A DNA stretch of 48,276 bases from Pseudomonadota bacterium (GTDB lineage: Bacteria; Pseudomonadota; Alphaproteobacteria; Sphingomonadales; Sphingomonadaceae), in NCBI GenBank assembly GCA_040386475.1, contig JAZKFK010000004.1:1-48276 (forward strand), in the 5' to 3' direction. The position numbers and the translations under genes are program-made. The notes beneath the pieces were generated by a model that was not told where the DNA came from, made no database searches, and worked only from the letters and a program-made list of their open reading frames with translations. Positions 20,712-31,639 of this stretch are shown one piece after another; position 1 is the stretch's first letter; each line of letters begins with the position of its first letter.

Positions 20712-23700
20712 ATGCACGTCGTATTTCGTGAAACCCATGGCTTGGATCAAACCGCAGCCCCGTATGATCCGGCGCAAGATCCGGCGGATCTGGTGGTGCT
20801 GTCGTATTCCGACAGCGACCTTGGGGCATTTGCGGCGGGTTGGCAGCGGGCTGCGGGCAAACTGCCGAGCACCCGGTTGCAGAACATCGTGGCGCTGAAG
20901 CATCCGGTGTCGGTGGACACTTATGTTGAGCGCACACTTTCCGGGGCAAAGGCGATCCTCATCCGGTTGATCGGGGGGGTGGCTTATTGGCCATATGGCA
21001 TCGCGTCGGTGCAGGATCTGGCGCGGCGGCGCGGGATTGCGCTGGCCATCCTTCCCGGCGACGGGCAGGCAGACCCGGCACTTGATGCGGCGTCCACCCT
21101 GCCGGTCTCCACCCTGCGGCGGCTGCAAGAGCTGTGTGACGCGGGTGGCGCGGTCGCGGCGCAGGCAGCGCTGGCGCAGCTTAGCCTTGCGGCAGGGCTT
21201 TATGCCGGGCCGGTGGCGGGCGACAAGCGGGTGGCGCAGTTCGGATTTCACGACCCGGCGCTGGGGGTGACGGCGCAAATGCCCGCCAGCCAGACTGGCA
21301 ACGTCCCGTTGGTGCTGATCAGCTTTTACCGCAGCTACCTGACTGCAGCCGACACCGCCCCGATAGACGCGCTGATTGCGGCATTCCGAGCGCGGGGCTT
21401 TGCGGCCTGCGGAGTGTTCGCGCCCTCGCTCAAGGTGCCGGGCTTTGCCGACTGGCTGCGCCCGCATCTGCTGGCTACCCCGCCCGTGGCCATCGTCAAC
21501 GCCACCGCGTTTTCGGCGCGGGGTGATGACGGCAGCACGCCGTTTGATGCGGTCGATTGCCCGGTGTTTCAAGTGGCGCTGTCCACAGCGCGCAAACGGG
21601 ATTGGACCGCCTCAGACCGCGGCCTTTCACCTGCGGATCTTGCAATGCATGTGGTGCTGCCAGAGGTAGACGGGCGGCTGTTTTCGGGGGTTGCGTCGTT
21701 CAAATCTGTGGCACCGCGCGATCCTGATCTGCAATTTTCGCGTTTTGCCCACCGGCCGGATTTGACGTTGGTCGATGCTATAGCCGACCGCGTAGAGGCG
21801 TGGCACCGGCTGGCCGCAACGCCCGCCGCTGACCGCAAACTGGCCTTGATCCTGTCGACTTATCCGGGCCGGGCTCATCAAATGGCCCATGCGGTGGGGC
21901 TTGATGCGCTTGGCTCGACGGGCCAATTGCTGAGCGACCTTGCGGCTGCCGGTTACAGCACCGCTGTGGGTGGCGATCTGACGACGTTGCAGACGTCCCG
22001 GATGCGCTGGCCGCTGTCCGAATACATTGCAGCACTGACCGCCCTGCCCGCCCCCTTGGCCGAAGCCCTTCACGCAGCCTATGGGCCGCCCGAGGATGAC
22101 CCGGCCTGCACAGACGGCGCGTTCCAGTTCGCGGCGCTGCACCGCGGGAATGCCCTAATCGCCCTGCAACCCGAACGCGGCGAGCCTGCCCAGCGCGATG
22201 CCCAGTATCACGACCTGGCGCGTACCCCGCGTCATGCCTACGTGGCGTTCTATTTGTGGCTTCAATCGCAGGGGCTGCACGCGATGCTGCACATGGGGGC
22301 GCATGGCACGCTGGAATGGCTTCCGGGAAAATCGGTGGCCCTATCGGGTGCGTGCTGGCCTGCCGCGCTGACGGGCGCGCTTCCTGTGATCTATCCGTTC
22401 ATCGTAAACGACCCCGGCGAGGCGGCGCAAGCCAAGCGGCGGATCGGCGCGGTCACGCTGGGCCATCTGCCGCCACCGCAGATCCGTGCCGTGGTGCCGC
22501 CCGCCATGCAGCGGCTGGAACGGCTGTTGGACGAATATTCTACCGCCGACGGGCTCGATCCGGCCCGCCGCGACCGCCTGATCCGTGATATTCGGGCCGA
22601 GGCGCAGGGCACCGGCGTCTTAACCGACCTCGGCCTGCCCGCCACCGCCAGTCTGGCCGAGGCGGTCACCCGGATCGACCGCTTTGTCTGCGACATCAAG
22701 GAAAGCCAATTCGGCGAGGGGCTGCACGTGCTGGGGCGCGGGGTTTGCGGCGATGCCGAGCGTGAGGGCCTGATGACTGCGCTGGCGGGGCGAAGGGTCG
22801 CTCCTGGCCCGTCGGGGTCGCCTGCGCGCGGGCGGCGCGACGTGATGCCGACCGGGCGCAACATGTTCGCCGTCGATCCGCGCGCCGTGCCCTCGCAATC
22901 GGCCCATGCGCAGGGCGTCAAGCTCGCCGAAGAGCTGCTGCGCAAACACCTGCAAGACCACGGCGACTGGCCGCGCGGCCTGCTGGTCGATCTGTGGGGC
23001 AGTGCGACGATGCGCACGGCGGGCGAGGAATTCGCGATGGCCCTGCATCTGGCCGGGCTGGCCCCGGTGTGGGATGCGGGCTCGGGCCGGGTGTCGGGGG
23101 TGGAGGTGGTGCCGCTTGCGCTGCTGGGCCGCCCGCGCATCGACGTGACGCTGCGGGTGTCGGGGATGTTTCGCGATGTGTTTCCGGGGCTTGCGGCGCT
23201 GTTTGAAACCGGGGCCGCAGCACTGGCCGCGCGGGACGAGGCGGCAGCCGACAACCCCTATGCCACCCGCGCCGCACGGGTGTTCGGGCCGCGCCCGGGG
23301 CAGTATGGTTTGGGCATGGGCACCGCAATGGACGATTTCAGCGCCGAGTCGCGGGCAGCGGCGGGTGAGGCGTGGCTGGCGGCCTCTTCCTGGGCCATCG
23401 GCATCGATGGCGTCAGCCGCGACAACCGCGCTGGGCTGGAATCGCGGCTGCGCTGGGTGGATGCTTTTGTTCACGCGCAAGATCTGCCCGAAAGCGACGT
23501 GCTGATGGCCGCAGATTACGCCGCGCACGAGGCGGGCTTTGCCGCCGCACTTGCCCGGCTCGGGGCGGTGCAACCCGCCCTCTACCACCTCGATGCGACG
23601 CAATCCGACCGCCCCCGCGCCCGCACCCTGATCGAGGAAATCGCCCGCGTGGTGCGCGCCCGCGCCGCCAACCCCGCCTGGGCCGATGGCATGATGGCGT

Positions 23701-23960
23701 ACGGCTACCGCGGCGCGGCCGAAATCGCGGCAACGCTGGATCACATGGCGGCTTTCGCGCATCTGGCGGGGGTTGTACCGGCGCATTTGTTCGACCTTTA
23801 CCACGACGCCACGCTGGGCCGGCCCGAAGTGACGGACTTCATGCACCGCGCCAATCCGGGCGCACTGGCGGCGCTGCAAGACCTGTTCCGCCGCCTAGCC
23901 GAGGCGGGGCTGTGGACCACGCGGCGCAATTCGATCGCTGCCATGCTGGTGGCGCCGTGA
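20712..23960 (+). CDS. cobN: Cobaltochelatase subunit CobN
   Basis: 1082 aa; motifs MHVVFRE, LPEVDGR, HMGAHGTLEWLPGK, DPGEAAQAKRR, PTGRN. Confidence 0.97.
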   Translation: MHVVFRETHGLDQTAAPYDPAQDPADLVVLSYSDSDLGAFAAGWQRAAGKLPSTRLQNIVALKHPVSVDTYVERTLSGAKAILIRLIGGVAYWPYGIASVQDLARRRGIALAILPGDGQADPALDAASTLPVSTLRRLQELCDAGGAVAAQAALAQLSLAAGLYAGPVAGDKRVAQFGFHDPALGVTAQMPASQTGNVPLVLISFYRSYLTAADTAPIDALIAAFRARGFAACGVFAPSLKVPGFADWLRPHLLATPPVAIVNATAFSARGDDGSTPFDAVDCPVFQVALSTARKRDWTASDRGLSPADLAMHVVLPEVDGRLFSGVASFKSVAPRDPDLQFSRFAHRPDLTLVDAIADRVEAWHRLAATPAADRKLALILSTYPGRAHQMAHAVGLDALGSTGQLLSDLAAAGYSTAVGGDLTTLQTSRMRWPLSEYIAALTALPAPLAEALHAAYGPPEDDPACTDGAFQFAALHRGNALIALQPERGEPAQRDAQYHDLARTPRHAYVAFYLWLQSQGLHAMLHMGAHGTLEWLPGKSVALSGACWPAALTGALPVIYPFIVNDPGEAAQAKRRIGAVTLGHLPPPQIRAVVPPAMQRLERLLDEYSTADGLDPARRDRLIRDIRAEAQGTGVLTDLGLPATASLAEAVTRIDRFVCDIKESQFGEGLHVLGRGVCGDAEREGLMTALAGRRVAPGPSGSPARGRRDVMPTGRNMFAVDPRAVPSQSAHAQGVKLAEELLRKHLQDHGDWPRGLLVDLWGSATMRTAGEEFAMALHLAGLAPVWDAGSGRVSGVEVVPLALLGRPRIDVTLRVSGMFRDVFPGLAALFETGAAALAARDEAAADNPYATRAARVFGPRPGQYGLGMGTAMDDFSAESRAAAGEAWLAASSWAIGIDGVSRDNRAGLESRLRWVDAFVHAQDLPESDVLMAADYAAHEAGFAAALARLGAVQPALYHLDATQSDRPRARTLIEEIARVVRARAANPAWADGMMAYGYRGAAEIAATLDHMAAFAHLAGVVPAHLFDLYHDATLGRPEVTDFMHRANPGALAALQDLFRRLAEAGLWTTRRNSIAAMLVAP

Positions 23961-25108
23961 CCTGGCCTGCGACCGGGTCTGCGGGCTTCGTGGTCCAGGG
24001 CTGGTGCCCCGGCGCGCTGCGCCCGATGCTGTCGGGCGACGGGCTGGTGGTGCGCATCCGCCCCGATGCCGGGCGGTTGACCCGCGCTCAGGCGGCAGGC
24101 ATCGCCGCCGCCGCCCGCCGCCATGGCAACGGCCTGATCGACTTGTCGTCGCGCGGCAATGTGCAACTGCGCGGCGTGACCGAGGCCAGCCATCCTGGCC
24201 TGATCCACGATTTGCGCGCGCTGGGACTGATCGACGCCGACCCGGCAGCCGAGGCCCGGCGCAACATTCTTGTCACGCCGTTCGCCGATGCCGCGACCGA
24301 CGCGCTGGCGCGGGATCTGGCCACCGCGTTGGCTCAAGGCCCGGAACTGCCGGGCAAGTTCGGTTTTGCTGTTGACACCGGACCTGCGCCGATCCTGCTG
24401 GATAGCTCGTCCGACATCCGGCTGGAACGGGACGCAGCCGGCGGCCTGATCCTGCGCTGTGATGGCTTTCCGACCGGCACGCGGGTCACGCCGCACGATG
24501 CCGCACGGCGCGCAGTGGATCTGGCGCAGTGGTTCCTTTCGGCGGGCGGAGTGTCGGCGGGTCGGGGCCGGATGGCCGGCCTGATGGCGCGCGGGCTGCG
24601 CCCCGATGGCGCAGATACCGCCCCGGCCCCAGCCGCTCCGGCATGTGGTCCGGGACTGCACCCCATGGGCACGCTGGTCGGGTTAGAGTTCGGCCAGATG
24701 CAGGCCGAAACGCTGGCCGGACTGGCGGGGTTTGGCGATTTGCGCGTGACACCCTGGCGCATGCTGATGATCGAAGGTCTGACGGCGCTGCCCGATCTGC
24801 CCAGCTTGATCGTTGCGGCGGACGACCCGCGCCGCCGCGTGATCGCCTGCACCGGCGCGCCGGGCTGTTTGCAGGGCCAGGCTGCGGTGCGCCCGCTGGC
24901 GCGACGGCTGGCCGCACTGGTGCCGCCCGGAAAAACCTTGCACGTCGCAGGTTGCGCCAAGGGTTGCGCCCATCCGGCTGCGGCGGATATCACGCTGGTG
25001 GCAACGCCGCAGGGCTATGATCTGATCCGGCAAGGCTCGGCGCAGGGTGTGCCCGAGGTGCGCGGCCTTGGCGGCGACCGGATCGGGATGGAAGGGCTAT
25101 TTCGATGA
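23957..25108 (+). CDS. cobG: Precorrin-3B synthase CobG
   Basis: Motifs GWCPGALRPMLSGDGLVVR, LPGKFGF, ACTGAPGC, HVAGCAKGCA; GTG start overlaps the cobN stop. Confidence 0.93.
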   Translation: MTWPATGSAGFVVQGWCPGALRPMLSGDGLVVRIRPDAGRLTRAQAAGIAAAARRHGNGLIDLSSRGNVQLRGVTEASHPGLIHDLRALGLIDADPAAEARRNILVTPFADAATDALARDLATALAQGPELPGKFGFAVDTGPAPILLDSSSDIRLERDAAGGLILRCDGFPTGTRVTPHDAARRAVDLAQWFLSAGGVSAGRGRMAGLMARGLRPDGADTAPAPAAPACGPGLHPMGTLVGLEFGQMQAETLAGLAGFGDLRVTPWRMLMIEGLTALPDLPSLIVAADDPRRRVIACTGAPGCLQGQAAVRPLARRLAALVPPGKTLHVAGCAKGCAHPAAADITLVATPQGYDLIRQGSAQGVPEVRGLGGDRIGMEGLFR

Positions 25109-25734
25109 TCCACACATATGAAACCGACGGCGCCGCGATCTATCTGCAATCGTTTGCCATCATACGCGCCGAGGCGGACCTTGCCCGCTTTACCCCCGAG
25201 GAAGAGGTGGTGGCGGTGCGCATGATCCACGCCGCGGGCATGGTCGGGCTGGAGCGGTTCGTACGCTTTTCCCCCGGCATGGCTATCGCAGCGCGCGCGG
25301 CACTCGAGGCGGGAGCGCCGATCCTGTGCGATGTGCGCATGGTCAGCGAGGGCATCACCCGCACCAGGCTGCCCGCCGACAACGCGGTGATCTGCACGCT
25401 GCAAGACCCCGCGGTGGCTCCATTGGCTGCGCGACTTGGCACTACCCGATCTGCGGCGGCGGTCGAGCTGTGGCGCCCGCACCTCGCGGGGGCCGTGGTC
25501 GCAATCGGCAACGCGCCGACGGCACTCTTTCACCTGCTGAACATGCTGAATGATCCCCACTGCCCGCACCCGGCAGCCATCATAGGCTGCCCGGTGGGAT
25601 TTGTCGGGGCTGCGGAGTCCAAGGCGGCGCTGATGGCCGCCGCCCCCGCGCCCTCGGTGGTAGTCGAAGGCCGCCTCGGCGGATCGGCAATCACGGTGGC
25701 GGCGGTCAACGCGCTGGCAAGCCGGCGCGAATGA
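25105..25734 (+). CDS. cobH: Precorrin-8X methylmutase CobH
   Basis: Motifs IYLQSFAII, RMIHA, IGNAPTAL, PVGFVGAAESK, GRLGGS. Confidence 0.97.
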   Translation: MIHTYETDGAAIYLQSFAIIRAEADLARFTPEEEVVAVRMIHAAGMVGLERFVRFSPGMAIAARAALEAGAPILCDVRMVSEGITRTRLPADNAVICTLQDPAVAPLAARLGTTRSAAAVELWRPHLAGAVVAIGNAPTALFHLLNMLNDPHCPHPAAIIGCPVGFVGAAESKAALMAAAPAPSVVVEGRLGGSAITVAAVNALASRRE

Positions 25735-26495
25735 CAACGGATCCCCGCAAGACGGCTGGCCACATCATCTGTGCCGGGCTTGGCCCCGGCGACCCCGACC
25801 TTTTGTCGGTGCGCTCTGATCGGGTGATCCGCGCTGCGGGCCACGTCGCCTATTTCCGCAAGGCGGGCAGGCAAGGTCAGGCGCGGCGCATGGTGGACGG
25901 CCTGTTGCGGGCGGATGCGGTTGAGTTGGCGATGGAATATCCCGTCACCACCGAACTGCCATTCGACAGCCCCGAATACATCCACCTGCTGGCCACGTTC
26001 TACGACGACTGGGCAGGGCGGTTACAGGCGATGGCAGCGGCGGGCACCGATGTGGTGGTGCTGTGCGAGGGGGATCCATTCTTTTACGGGTCGTTCATGC
26101 ACCTTTATGTCCGGCTCAAGGATCTGGTTCCGGTCGAGGTGATCCCCGGCATCCCCGGCATGGTCGGTTGCTGGAACGCGGTCGGCGTGCCGATCACCTG
26201 GGGCGATGACGTGCTAACCGTGCTGATGGGCACCCTGCCCGAGGCCGATCTGGCCCGCCACATGCAGGGCACCGACGCGCTGGTGATCATGAAGACCGGA
26301 CGCAACCTGCCTCGGGTGCGCCGCGCGCTGGCGCAGGCCGGGCGGCTGGACGACGCCTGGCTGGTGGAACGCGGCACGATGCCGGGCCAGCGCATCGCGC
26401 GGCTGGCAGAAATCGAGGCCGCCGATTGCCCGTATTTCGCCATCGTGCTGGTGCATGGCCAAGGTCGGCGGCCCATTGCGGGGGGCGAGGAATGA
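25731..26495 (+). CDS. cobI: Precorrin-2 C20-methyltransferase CobI
   Basis: Motifs GLGPGDP, YPVTTE, CEGDPFFYGSF, VIMK, PYF. Confidence 0.95.
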   Translation: MTTDPRKTAGHIICAGLGPGDPDLLSVRSDRVIRAAGHVAYFRKAGRQGQARRMVDGLLRADAVELAMEYPVTTELPFDSPEYIHLLATFYDDWAGRLQAMAAAGTDVVVLCEGDPFFYGSFMHLYVRLKDLVPVEVIPGIPGMVGCWNAVGVPITWGDDVLTVLMGTLPEADLARHMQGTDALVIMKTGRNLPRVRRALAQAGRLDDAWLVERGTMPGQRIARLAEIEAADCPYFAIVLVHGQGRRPIAGGEE

Positions 26496-27229
26496 CGGGT
26501 TGGGTCACCGTCGCAGGCCTTGGGCCGGGGGCGCACGCGCAGGTGACCCCCGAAGTCACGCTGGCGCTGGCCGAGGCGACCGACGTGGTGGGCTACATTC
26601 CTTATGTCGCGCGGGTGGCACCACGCGCCGGGCTGGTGTTGCACGCGTCCGACAACCGGGTGGAACTGGACCGGGCGGGCCTTGCGCTTGATCTGGCGGC
26701 GGTGGGACGGCGGGTGGTGATCGTTTCGTCGGGCGATCCGGGGGTGTTTGCGATGGCCTCTGCCCTGTTCGAAGCGCTCGAGGTGCGCGGCAACCCTGAC
26801 GAGGCCGACATCCGCATCCTGCCCGGCATTACGGCAATGCTGGCGGCGGCGGCGCGGGCGGGTGCGCCGCTGGGCCATGATTTCTGCGCGATCAACCTCA
26901 GCGACAACCTGAAACCGCTGTCCGAGGTGGAACGTCGGGTACGTCACGCAGCCCTTGGCGGCTTTGCGATGGCGTTCTACAATCCGCGATCGAAATCCCG
27001 GCCGCACCAGTTTGCCCGCGTGCTCGACGTGCTGCGCGAAACTTGCGAGCCGGCTCGCCTGGTCCTGTTCGCCCGCGCGGTTTCAGCCCCCGACGAGGCC
27101 CTGACCACCGTTACCTTGGCCGAAGCCGTGCCCGAGATGGCCGACATGCGCACGGTCGTGATCGTCGGAAATGCCGCCACCCGCCGGGTCGGGCGCTGGA
27201 TTTACACGCCCCGCTCGGTGCACGCATGA
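26492..27229 (+). CDS. cobJ: Precorrin-3B C17-methyltransferase CobJ
   Basis: Motifs GLGPG, DNRVELDRA, SSGDPGVFAMA, GAPLGHDF, YNPRS, YTPR. Confidence 0.95.
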   Translation: MTGWVTVAGLGPGAHAQVTPEVTLALAEATDVVGYIPYVARVAPRAGLVLHASDNRVELDRAGLALDLAAVGRRVVIVSSGDPGVFAMASALFEALEVRGNPDEADIRILPGITAMLAAAARAGAPLGHDFCAINLSDNLKPLSEVERRVRHAALGGFAMAFYNPRSKSRPHQFARVLDVLRETCEPARLVLFARAVSAPDEALTTVTLAEAVPEMADMRTVVIVGNAATRRVGRWIYTPRSVHA

Positions 27230-27969
27230 CCCAGCCAGTTCATCACCTGCGCCACCGACACAAGCACTTGGCGCGGCGACAACACGGGCTGGTCAAAATT
27301 GGGCCGGTCGATCAGGATCACCGGCAGGCCCAGCGCGCGGGCGGCGATCAGCTTGGCCTCGGCCCCTGCGCCACCGGCGTTCTTGGCGATGACATGGCTG
27401 ATCCGGTGAGCCCGCAGCAGATCAAGGTCTGCTGCAACGTCGAACGGGCCTCGCGCGACCACGGCTATGGCATCAGGCAACGGCAAAGGGCCGTCCGGCG
27501 CATCGACCAGCCGCAGCAGATAGTGGTGCTGCGGTTTGGCCGCAAACGCGGCCAGTGTCTGCTTGCCGATGGCCAGAAACACCCGTGCGGGGCGGTCCGG
27601 CAGCGCGGCGACAGCGGCAACATGATCGGGCACACAGGTCCAGTCATCGCCCGGGGCCGCTTGCCATGCGGGACGCTCCAGCGCCACCAGCGGCACGCGG
27701 GCCTGCGCGCAGGCGGCAATCGCGTTCTGGCTAATCTGCGCGGCAAACGGATGTGTTGCGTCGATCAGATGGCTGATCTGCTGATCGTGCAGGAATTGCG
27801 CCATCCCCGCCACACCGCCAAAGCCACCCGTCCGCACCGGGATCGGCTGATCCAGCGGGGCCGCCGTGCGCCCGGCATAGGAATAGACCGCATCGATGCC
27901 CGCACCTGCGAGCGCGCGGGCGAGGTGGCCCGCTTCGGTCGTGCCACCCAGCAAAAGGACGCGCGTCAT
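27202..27969 (-). CDS. cobK: Precorrin-6A reductase CobK
   Basis: Motifs LLLGGTTEA, GGFGG, DATHPFA, RGPF, KNAGG. Confidence 0.95.
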   Translation of the reverse strand: MTRVLLLGGTTEAGHLARALAGAGIDAVYSYAGRTAAPLDQPIPVRTGGFGGVAGMAQFLHDQQISHLIDATHPFAAQISQNAIAACAQARVPLVALERPAWQAAPGDDWTCVPDHVAAVAALPDRPARVFLAIGKQTLAAFAAKPQHHYLLRLVDAPDGPLPLPDAIAVVARGPFDVAADLDLLRAHRISHVIAKNAGGAGAEAKLIAARALGLPVILIDRPNFDQPVLSPRQVLVSVAQVMNWLGHACTERGV

Positions 27970-29146
27970 GTCTGATCCTTGGTTGTCGATCATCGGTCTG
28001 GGCAGTGATGGACTGGCGGGCCTGTCGCTGGCAAGCCGTGACGCGCTGGCCGGCGCCGAGATCGTGTTCGGCGCGCCCAGGCATCTGGACCTCGTGCAGG
28101 CGGGGGCACGGGGGTGCGCGTGGCCCGTGCCGTTTGACCTCGCGCCCTTGTTGGCGCTGCGAGGGCGGCAGGTGGCGATGCTGGTGTCGGGCGATCCGTT
28201 CTGGTTCGGCGCGGGCGGGTCGGTGGCGGCGCATCTGACGCCGCAGGACTGGGTGGCCTACCCGGTCGCGGGCACGTTTTCGCTGGTGGCGGCCCGGCTG
28301 GGCTGGCGGCTGGAAGACACGCTGTGCCTTGGCCTGCACGCGGCCCCATTTTCGCGGCTCGCACCGCTGATGGCGCGCGGGGTGCTGGCGATCTGCACGC
28401 TCCGCGATGCGGCGGCCGTGGCGGAACTGGCGGGTTGGCTGGCAGGCAACGGCTTTGAGGGCGTGCAGATGACCGTGTGCGAGGCGATGGGCGGCCCAGC
28501 CGAACGGGTGCGCGAGGGGGCCAGCTGGACCGACATCGCAGCTCCGGTTGCAGTGGCGCTGGATGGCTGCGCTTTGCCACGCGACGCAGGTCTATCGCGC
28601 GCCAGTGGTCTGCCCGATGACGCCTTTGCCCACGACGGCCAGATCACCAAACGCCCGGTAAGGGCGCTGACGTTGTCGGCACTGGCCCCCAGACCGGGGC
28701 AGATGCTATGGGACATCGGAGCGGGTTCGGGCTCTATCGCGGTGGAATGGTGCCTCGCAGGCGGGTGCGCCGTGGCGATTGAACAGCGGACCGATCGCTG
28801 CGCCAACATCCGCCGCAACGCCGACGCCTTTGGGTTGGCGCATCGGCTGTCGGTCGTGCAGGGCAAGGCGCCCGCCGCACTGGCCGATCTGCCCGACCCG
28901 GATGCGGTGTTCATCGGCGGAGGGGGCGACGCTGGCCTGCACGACGCAGTGTGGTCGATGCTGCCCGACGGCGCCCGGCTGATCGCCAACGCCGTGACGC
29001 TTGAGGGCGAGGCGGTGCTGGCTGCGCGCCACACCCGGCACGGCGGCGGCCTACTGCGGATTGATCTGGCCGAGGCTGTGCCGCTGGGGGCCTTCAGGGG
29101 CTGGCAAGCAGCGCGCCCGATCGTGCAATGGAGTGTGACGGCATGA
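27968..29146 (+). CDS. cobL: Precorrin-6Y C5,15-methyltransferase (decarboxylating) CobL (CbiE-CbiT)
   Basis: Motifs SGDPFWFG, HDGQITK, WDIGAGSGS, FIGGG, ANAVTLE. Confidence 0.95.
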   Translation: MSDPWLSIIGLGSDGLAGLSLASRDALAGAEIVFGAPRHLDLVQAGARGCAWPVPFDLAPLLALRGRQVAMLVSGDPFWFGAGGSVAAHLTPQDWVAYPVAGTFSLVAARLGWRLEDTLCLGLHAAPFSRLAPLMARGVLAICTLRDAAAVAELAGWLAGNGFEGVQMTVCEAMGGPAERVREGASWTDIAAPVAVALDGCALPRDAGLSRASGLPDDAFAHDGQITKRPVRALTLSALAPRPGQMLWDIGAGSGSIAVEWCLAGGCAVAIEQRTDRCANIRRNADAFGLAHRLSVVQGKAPAALADLPDPDAVFIGGGGDAGLHDAVWSMLPDGARLIANAVTLEGEAVLAARHTRHGGGLLRIDLAEAVPLGAFRGWQAARPIVQWSVTA

Positions 29147-29511
29147 AAGTCGCTGGATTAGGATTTCGCGACGGCGCGCCGCTGGTGGCGCTGCGTGCTG
29201 CGTTAGGGCTGGTCGAACAGGCGGGCGGGCCAGCCTCAGCGCTAGCGACAGTGACAAGCAAAGCCGGGGCCGCAGCATTAAACGATCTGGCTATCGAACG
29301 CGGTCTGGTAGTGCTGGCAGTGCCAGTGGCCGGTGTTCCAACCCCAACCCGGTCGTCCCGCGTACGGGCGCTGTTCGGCACCGGATCGGTGGCGGAGGCG
29401 GCAGCACTCGCCGCTGCCGGCCCCGGCGCCAGGCTGATTGTCGGACGCGTCACCTCACCTGACGGCATGGCAACCTGTGCCATGGCCCTGAGCAACGGAT
29501 CCCACCCATGA
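29143..29511 (+). CDS. cobE: CobE / CbiG C-terminal domain protein
   Basis: Motifs [22 protein letters not shown]. Confidence 0.88.
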   Translation: MKVAGLGFRDGAPLVALRAALGLVEQAGGPASALATVTSKAGAAALNDLAIERGLVVLAVPVAGVPTPTRSSRVRALFGTGSVAEAAALAAAGPGARLIVGRVTSPDGMATCAMALSNGSHP

Positions 29512-30281
29512 CCGTGCATTTCATCGGCGCAGGCCCCGGCGCGGCCGATCTGATCACCCTGCGCGGCCGCGATCTGATCGCGGCCTGCCCTGTCTGCCTT
29601 TATGCCGGCAGCTTGGTGCCCGACGCGCTGCTAGCGCATTGCCCGCCCGGCGCGCGGATCGTGAACACGGCCTCGCTTAGCCTAGATGAGATCATCACGG
29701 AAATCGCAGCAGCCCATGCGCAGGGTCAGGACGTGGCGCGGCTGCACTCGGGCGATCTGTCGATCTGGTCGGCGATGGGCGAACAGTTGCGCCGCCTGCG
29801 CGCGCTGGGCATCCCGTTTGACGTGACGCCCGGCGTGCCGGCCTTTGCCGCCGCCGCCGCCGCGTTGCAGGCCGAACTGACCCTGCCGGGCGTGGCGCAA
29901 TCGCTGGTTTTGACCCGCACCTCGGGGCGCGCGTCTACCATGCCCGAGGCCGAGAGCCTTGAGAATTTCGCCGCCACCGGGGCCACGCTGGCGATCCATC
30001 TATCGGTGCATATGCTGGACGAGGTGACGGCACGACTGACCCCACACTACGGGGCCGATTGCCCGGTGGCGGTCGTGTTTCGCGCATCATGGCTGGACCA
30101 GCGGGTCGTTCGCGCCACGCTGGCCACACTGGACCCTGCAATCGGGGTGGGCGAGCGGACCGCGCTGATCCTGGTGGGCCACGCGCTGGCGGCGACCGGG
30201 TTCGACGAAAGCCGCCTTTACGCGGGGGATTACGACCGCCGCTATCGCCCAGTGGGCACCGATCCGCGGTTTCCCGAATGA
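29508..30281 (+). CDS. cobM: Precorrin-4 C11-methyltransferase CobM
   Basis: Motifs [35 protein letters not shown]. Confidence 0.96.
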   Translation: MTVHFIGAGPGAADLITLRGRDLIAACPVCLYAGSLVPDALLAHCPPGARIVNTASLSLDEIITEIAAAHAQGQDVARLHSGDLSIWSAMGEQLRRLRALGIPFDVTPGVPAFAAAAAALQAELTLPGVAQSLVLTRTSGRASTMPEAESLENFAATGATLAIHLSVHMLDEVTARLTPHYGADCPVAVVFRASWLDQRVVRATLATLDPAIGVGERTALILVGHALAATGFDESRLYAGDYDRRYRPVGTDPRFPE

Positions 30282-31639
30282 CGCGCGCCACATCCCCCCA
30301 TATGCCACCCGGATTGCTGATCTCGGCCCCCGCCTCTGGCACCGGCAAGACGACCGTCGCGCTGGGGCTGCTCGCGGCATTTCGCGCCCAAGGGCTGCGA
30401 GTGCAGCCGTTCAAAAGCGGGCCGGACTATATCGACCCCGCGTTTCACACGGCGGCGGCGGGGCGGGTGTCGATCAACCTTGACACGTGGGCGATGACGG
30501 CGGGCCAGATTGCACGGCAGGCGCAGGCGGGGCACGGCGCGGACTTGATCCTTGCCGAGGGGTCAATGGGTCTGTTCGACGGCGTGGCCCTGCCCGGCGA
30601 GGCGGGGTCGGGGGCGAGTGCCGACCTTGCCGCGCTGATGGGCTGGCCGGTGATCGTGGTGCTGGATGTGTCGGGTCAGGCGCAGACGGCGGCGGCGGTG
30701 GCCCTGGGGATGGCGCGGTTCCGGCCGGGGCTGCCGGTGGCTGGCGTGATCCTGAACAAGGTCGCCTCGCCCCGGCACGAGGCTTTGGTGCGCGCGGGCA
30801 TGGCGCAGGCGGGCCTGACCGTACTGGGCGCGCTTCCGCGCAGCGCCAAGACCGCCCTGCCCGAACGACATCTGGGCCTGGTGCAGGCCGAGGAGTTGCC
30901 CGCGCTGGCGCAACTGCTGGCCGATGCCGCCGAGTTCGTGGCCGAGCATTGCGACCTGCCCGCCATCCTTGCCGCCGCGCGCACCGCCACCGCCCATGAC
31001 GTGCCGGATGCCGCGCCGATCCGGGCCCCCGGCGACCGCATCGCCTTGGCGCGCGATGCCGCGTTTTCATTTGTTTATCCGCACGTGCTGGCGGATTGGC
31101 GGGCGCAGGGCGCGACACTGCTGCCGTTTTCACCATTGGCAGACGAAGGGCCGGATCCGTCTGCCACCACCTGCTGGCTGCCGGGAGGCTATCCCGAACT
31201 GCACAGCGGCAGGCTTGCCGCCTGCGACCGCTTTCGCAGCGGCCTGCGCAGCTTTGCCGAAACCCGGACCGTGCACGGCGAATGTGGGGGCTATATGGCG
31301 CTGGGAGAAGGCTTGGTCGCCGCTGACGGCACTTGCCACAGGATGGCGGGGCTCTTGGGGTTGGAAACCAGCTTTGCCAAGCGGCGGATGCATCTGGGCT
31401 ATCGGTTGGCGCGCCTGCAGCAGCCTTTTGGCGGCTTTGCGGCGGGCAGTGCGCTGCGCGGGCACGAGTTTCACTATGCCAGCATCGTGGCGCAACCCGA
31501 CGCGCCGCTGGCACATGTCACCGATGCCACCGGGGCCCCAGTGGCCGAAACCGGGTCGTGGCGACAAACGGAGGGCGGCTGCGTGACGGGCAGCTTTTTC
31601 CACCTGATCGCGCCCGCAAGCCCGCAGGCCGCAGCATGA
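30278..31639 (+). CDS. cobB: Hydrogenobyrinic/cobyrinic acid a,c-diamide synthase CobB
   Basis: Motifs [38 protein letters not shown]. Confidence 0.96.
   Translation: MTRATSPHMPPGLLISAPASGTGKTTVALGLLAAFRAQGLRVQPFKSGPDYIDPAFHTAAAGRVSINLDTWAMTAGQIARQAQAGHGADLILAEGSMGLFDGVALPGEAGSGASADLAALMGWPVIVVLDVSGQAQTAAAVALGMARFRPGLPVAGVILNKVASPRHEALVRAGMAQAGLTVLGALPRSAKTALPERHLGLVQAEELPALAQLLADAAEFVAEHCDLPAILAAARTATAHDVPDAAPIRAPGDRIALARDAAFSFVYPHVLADWRAQGATLLPFSPLADEGPDPSATTCWLPGGYPELHSGRLAACDRFRSGLRSFAETRTVHGECGGYMALGEGLVAADGTCHRMAGLLGLETSFAKRRMHLGYRLARLQQPFGGFAAGSALRGHEFHYASIVAQPDAPLAHVTDATGAPVAETGSWRQTEGGCVTGSFFHLIAPASPQAAA

Noticed and set aside
19557-21572. 671-aa minus-strand ORF and similar long ORFs (13630-15099, 16923-18311, 22620-23879, 33312-34595, 37820-39055)
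   Set aside because: Antisense shadows of well-supported high-GC genes, with no recognisable motifs.
23372-23956. N-terminal extension of CobG or a cobN-cobG frameshift fusion
   Set aside because: The extension overlaps cobN out of frame and is low-complexity Arg-rich. A GTGA overlap at 23957 gives a normal coupled start.
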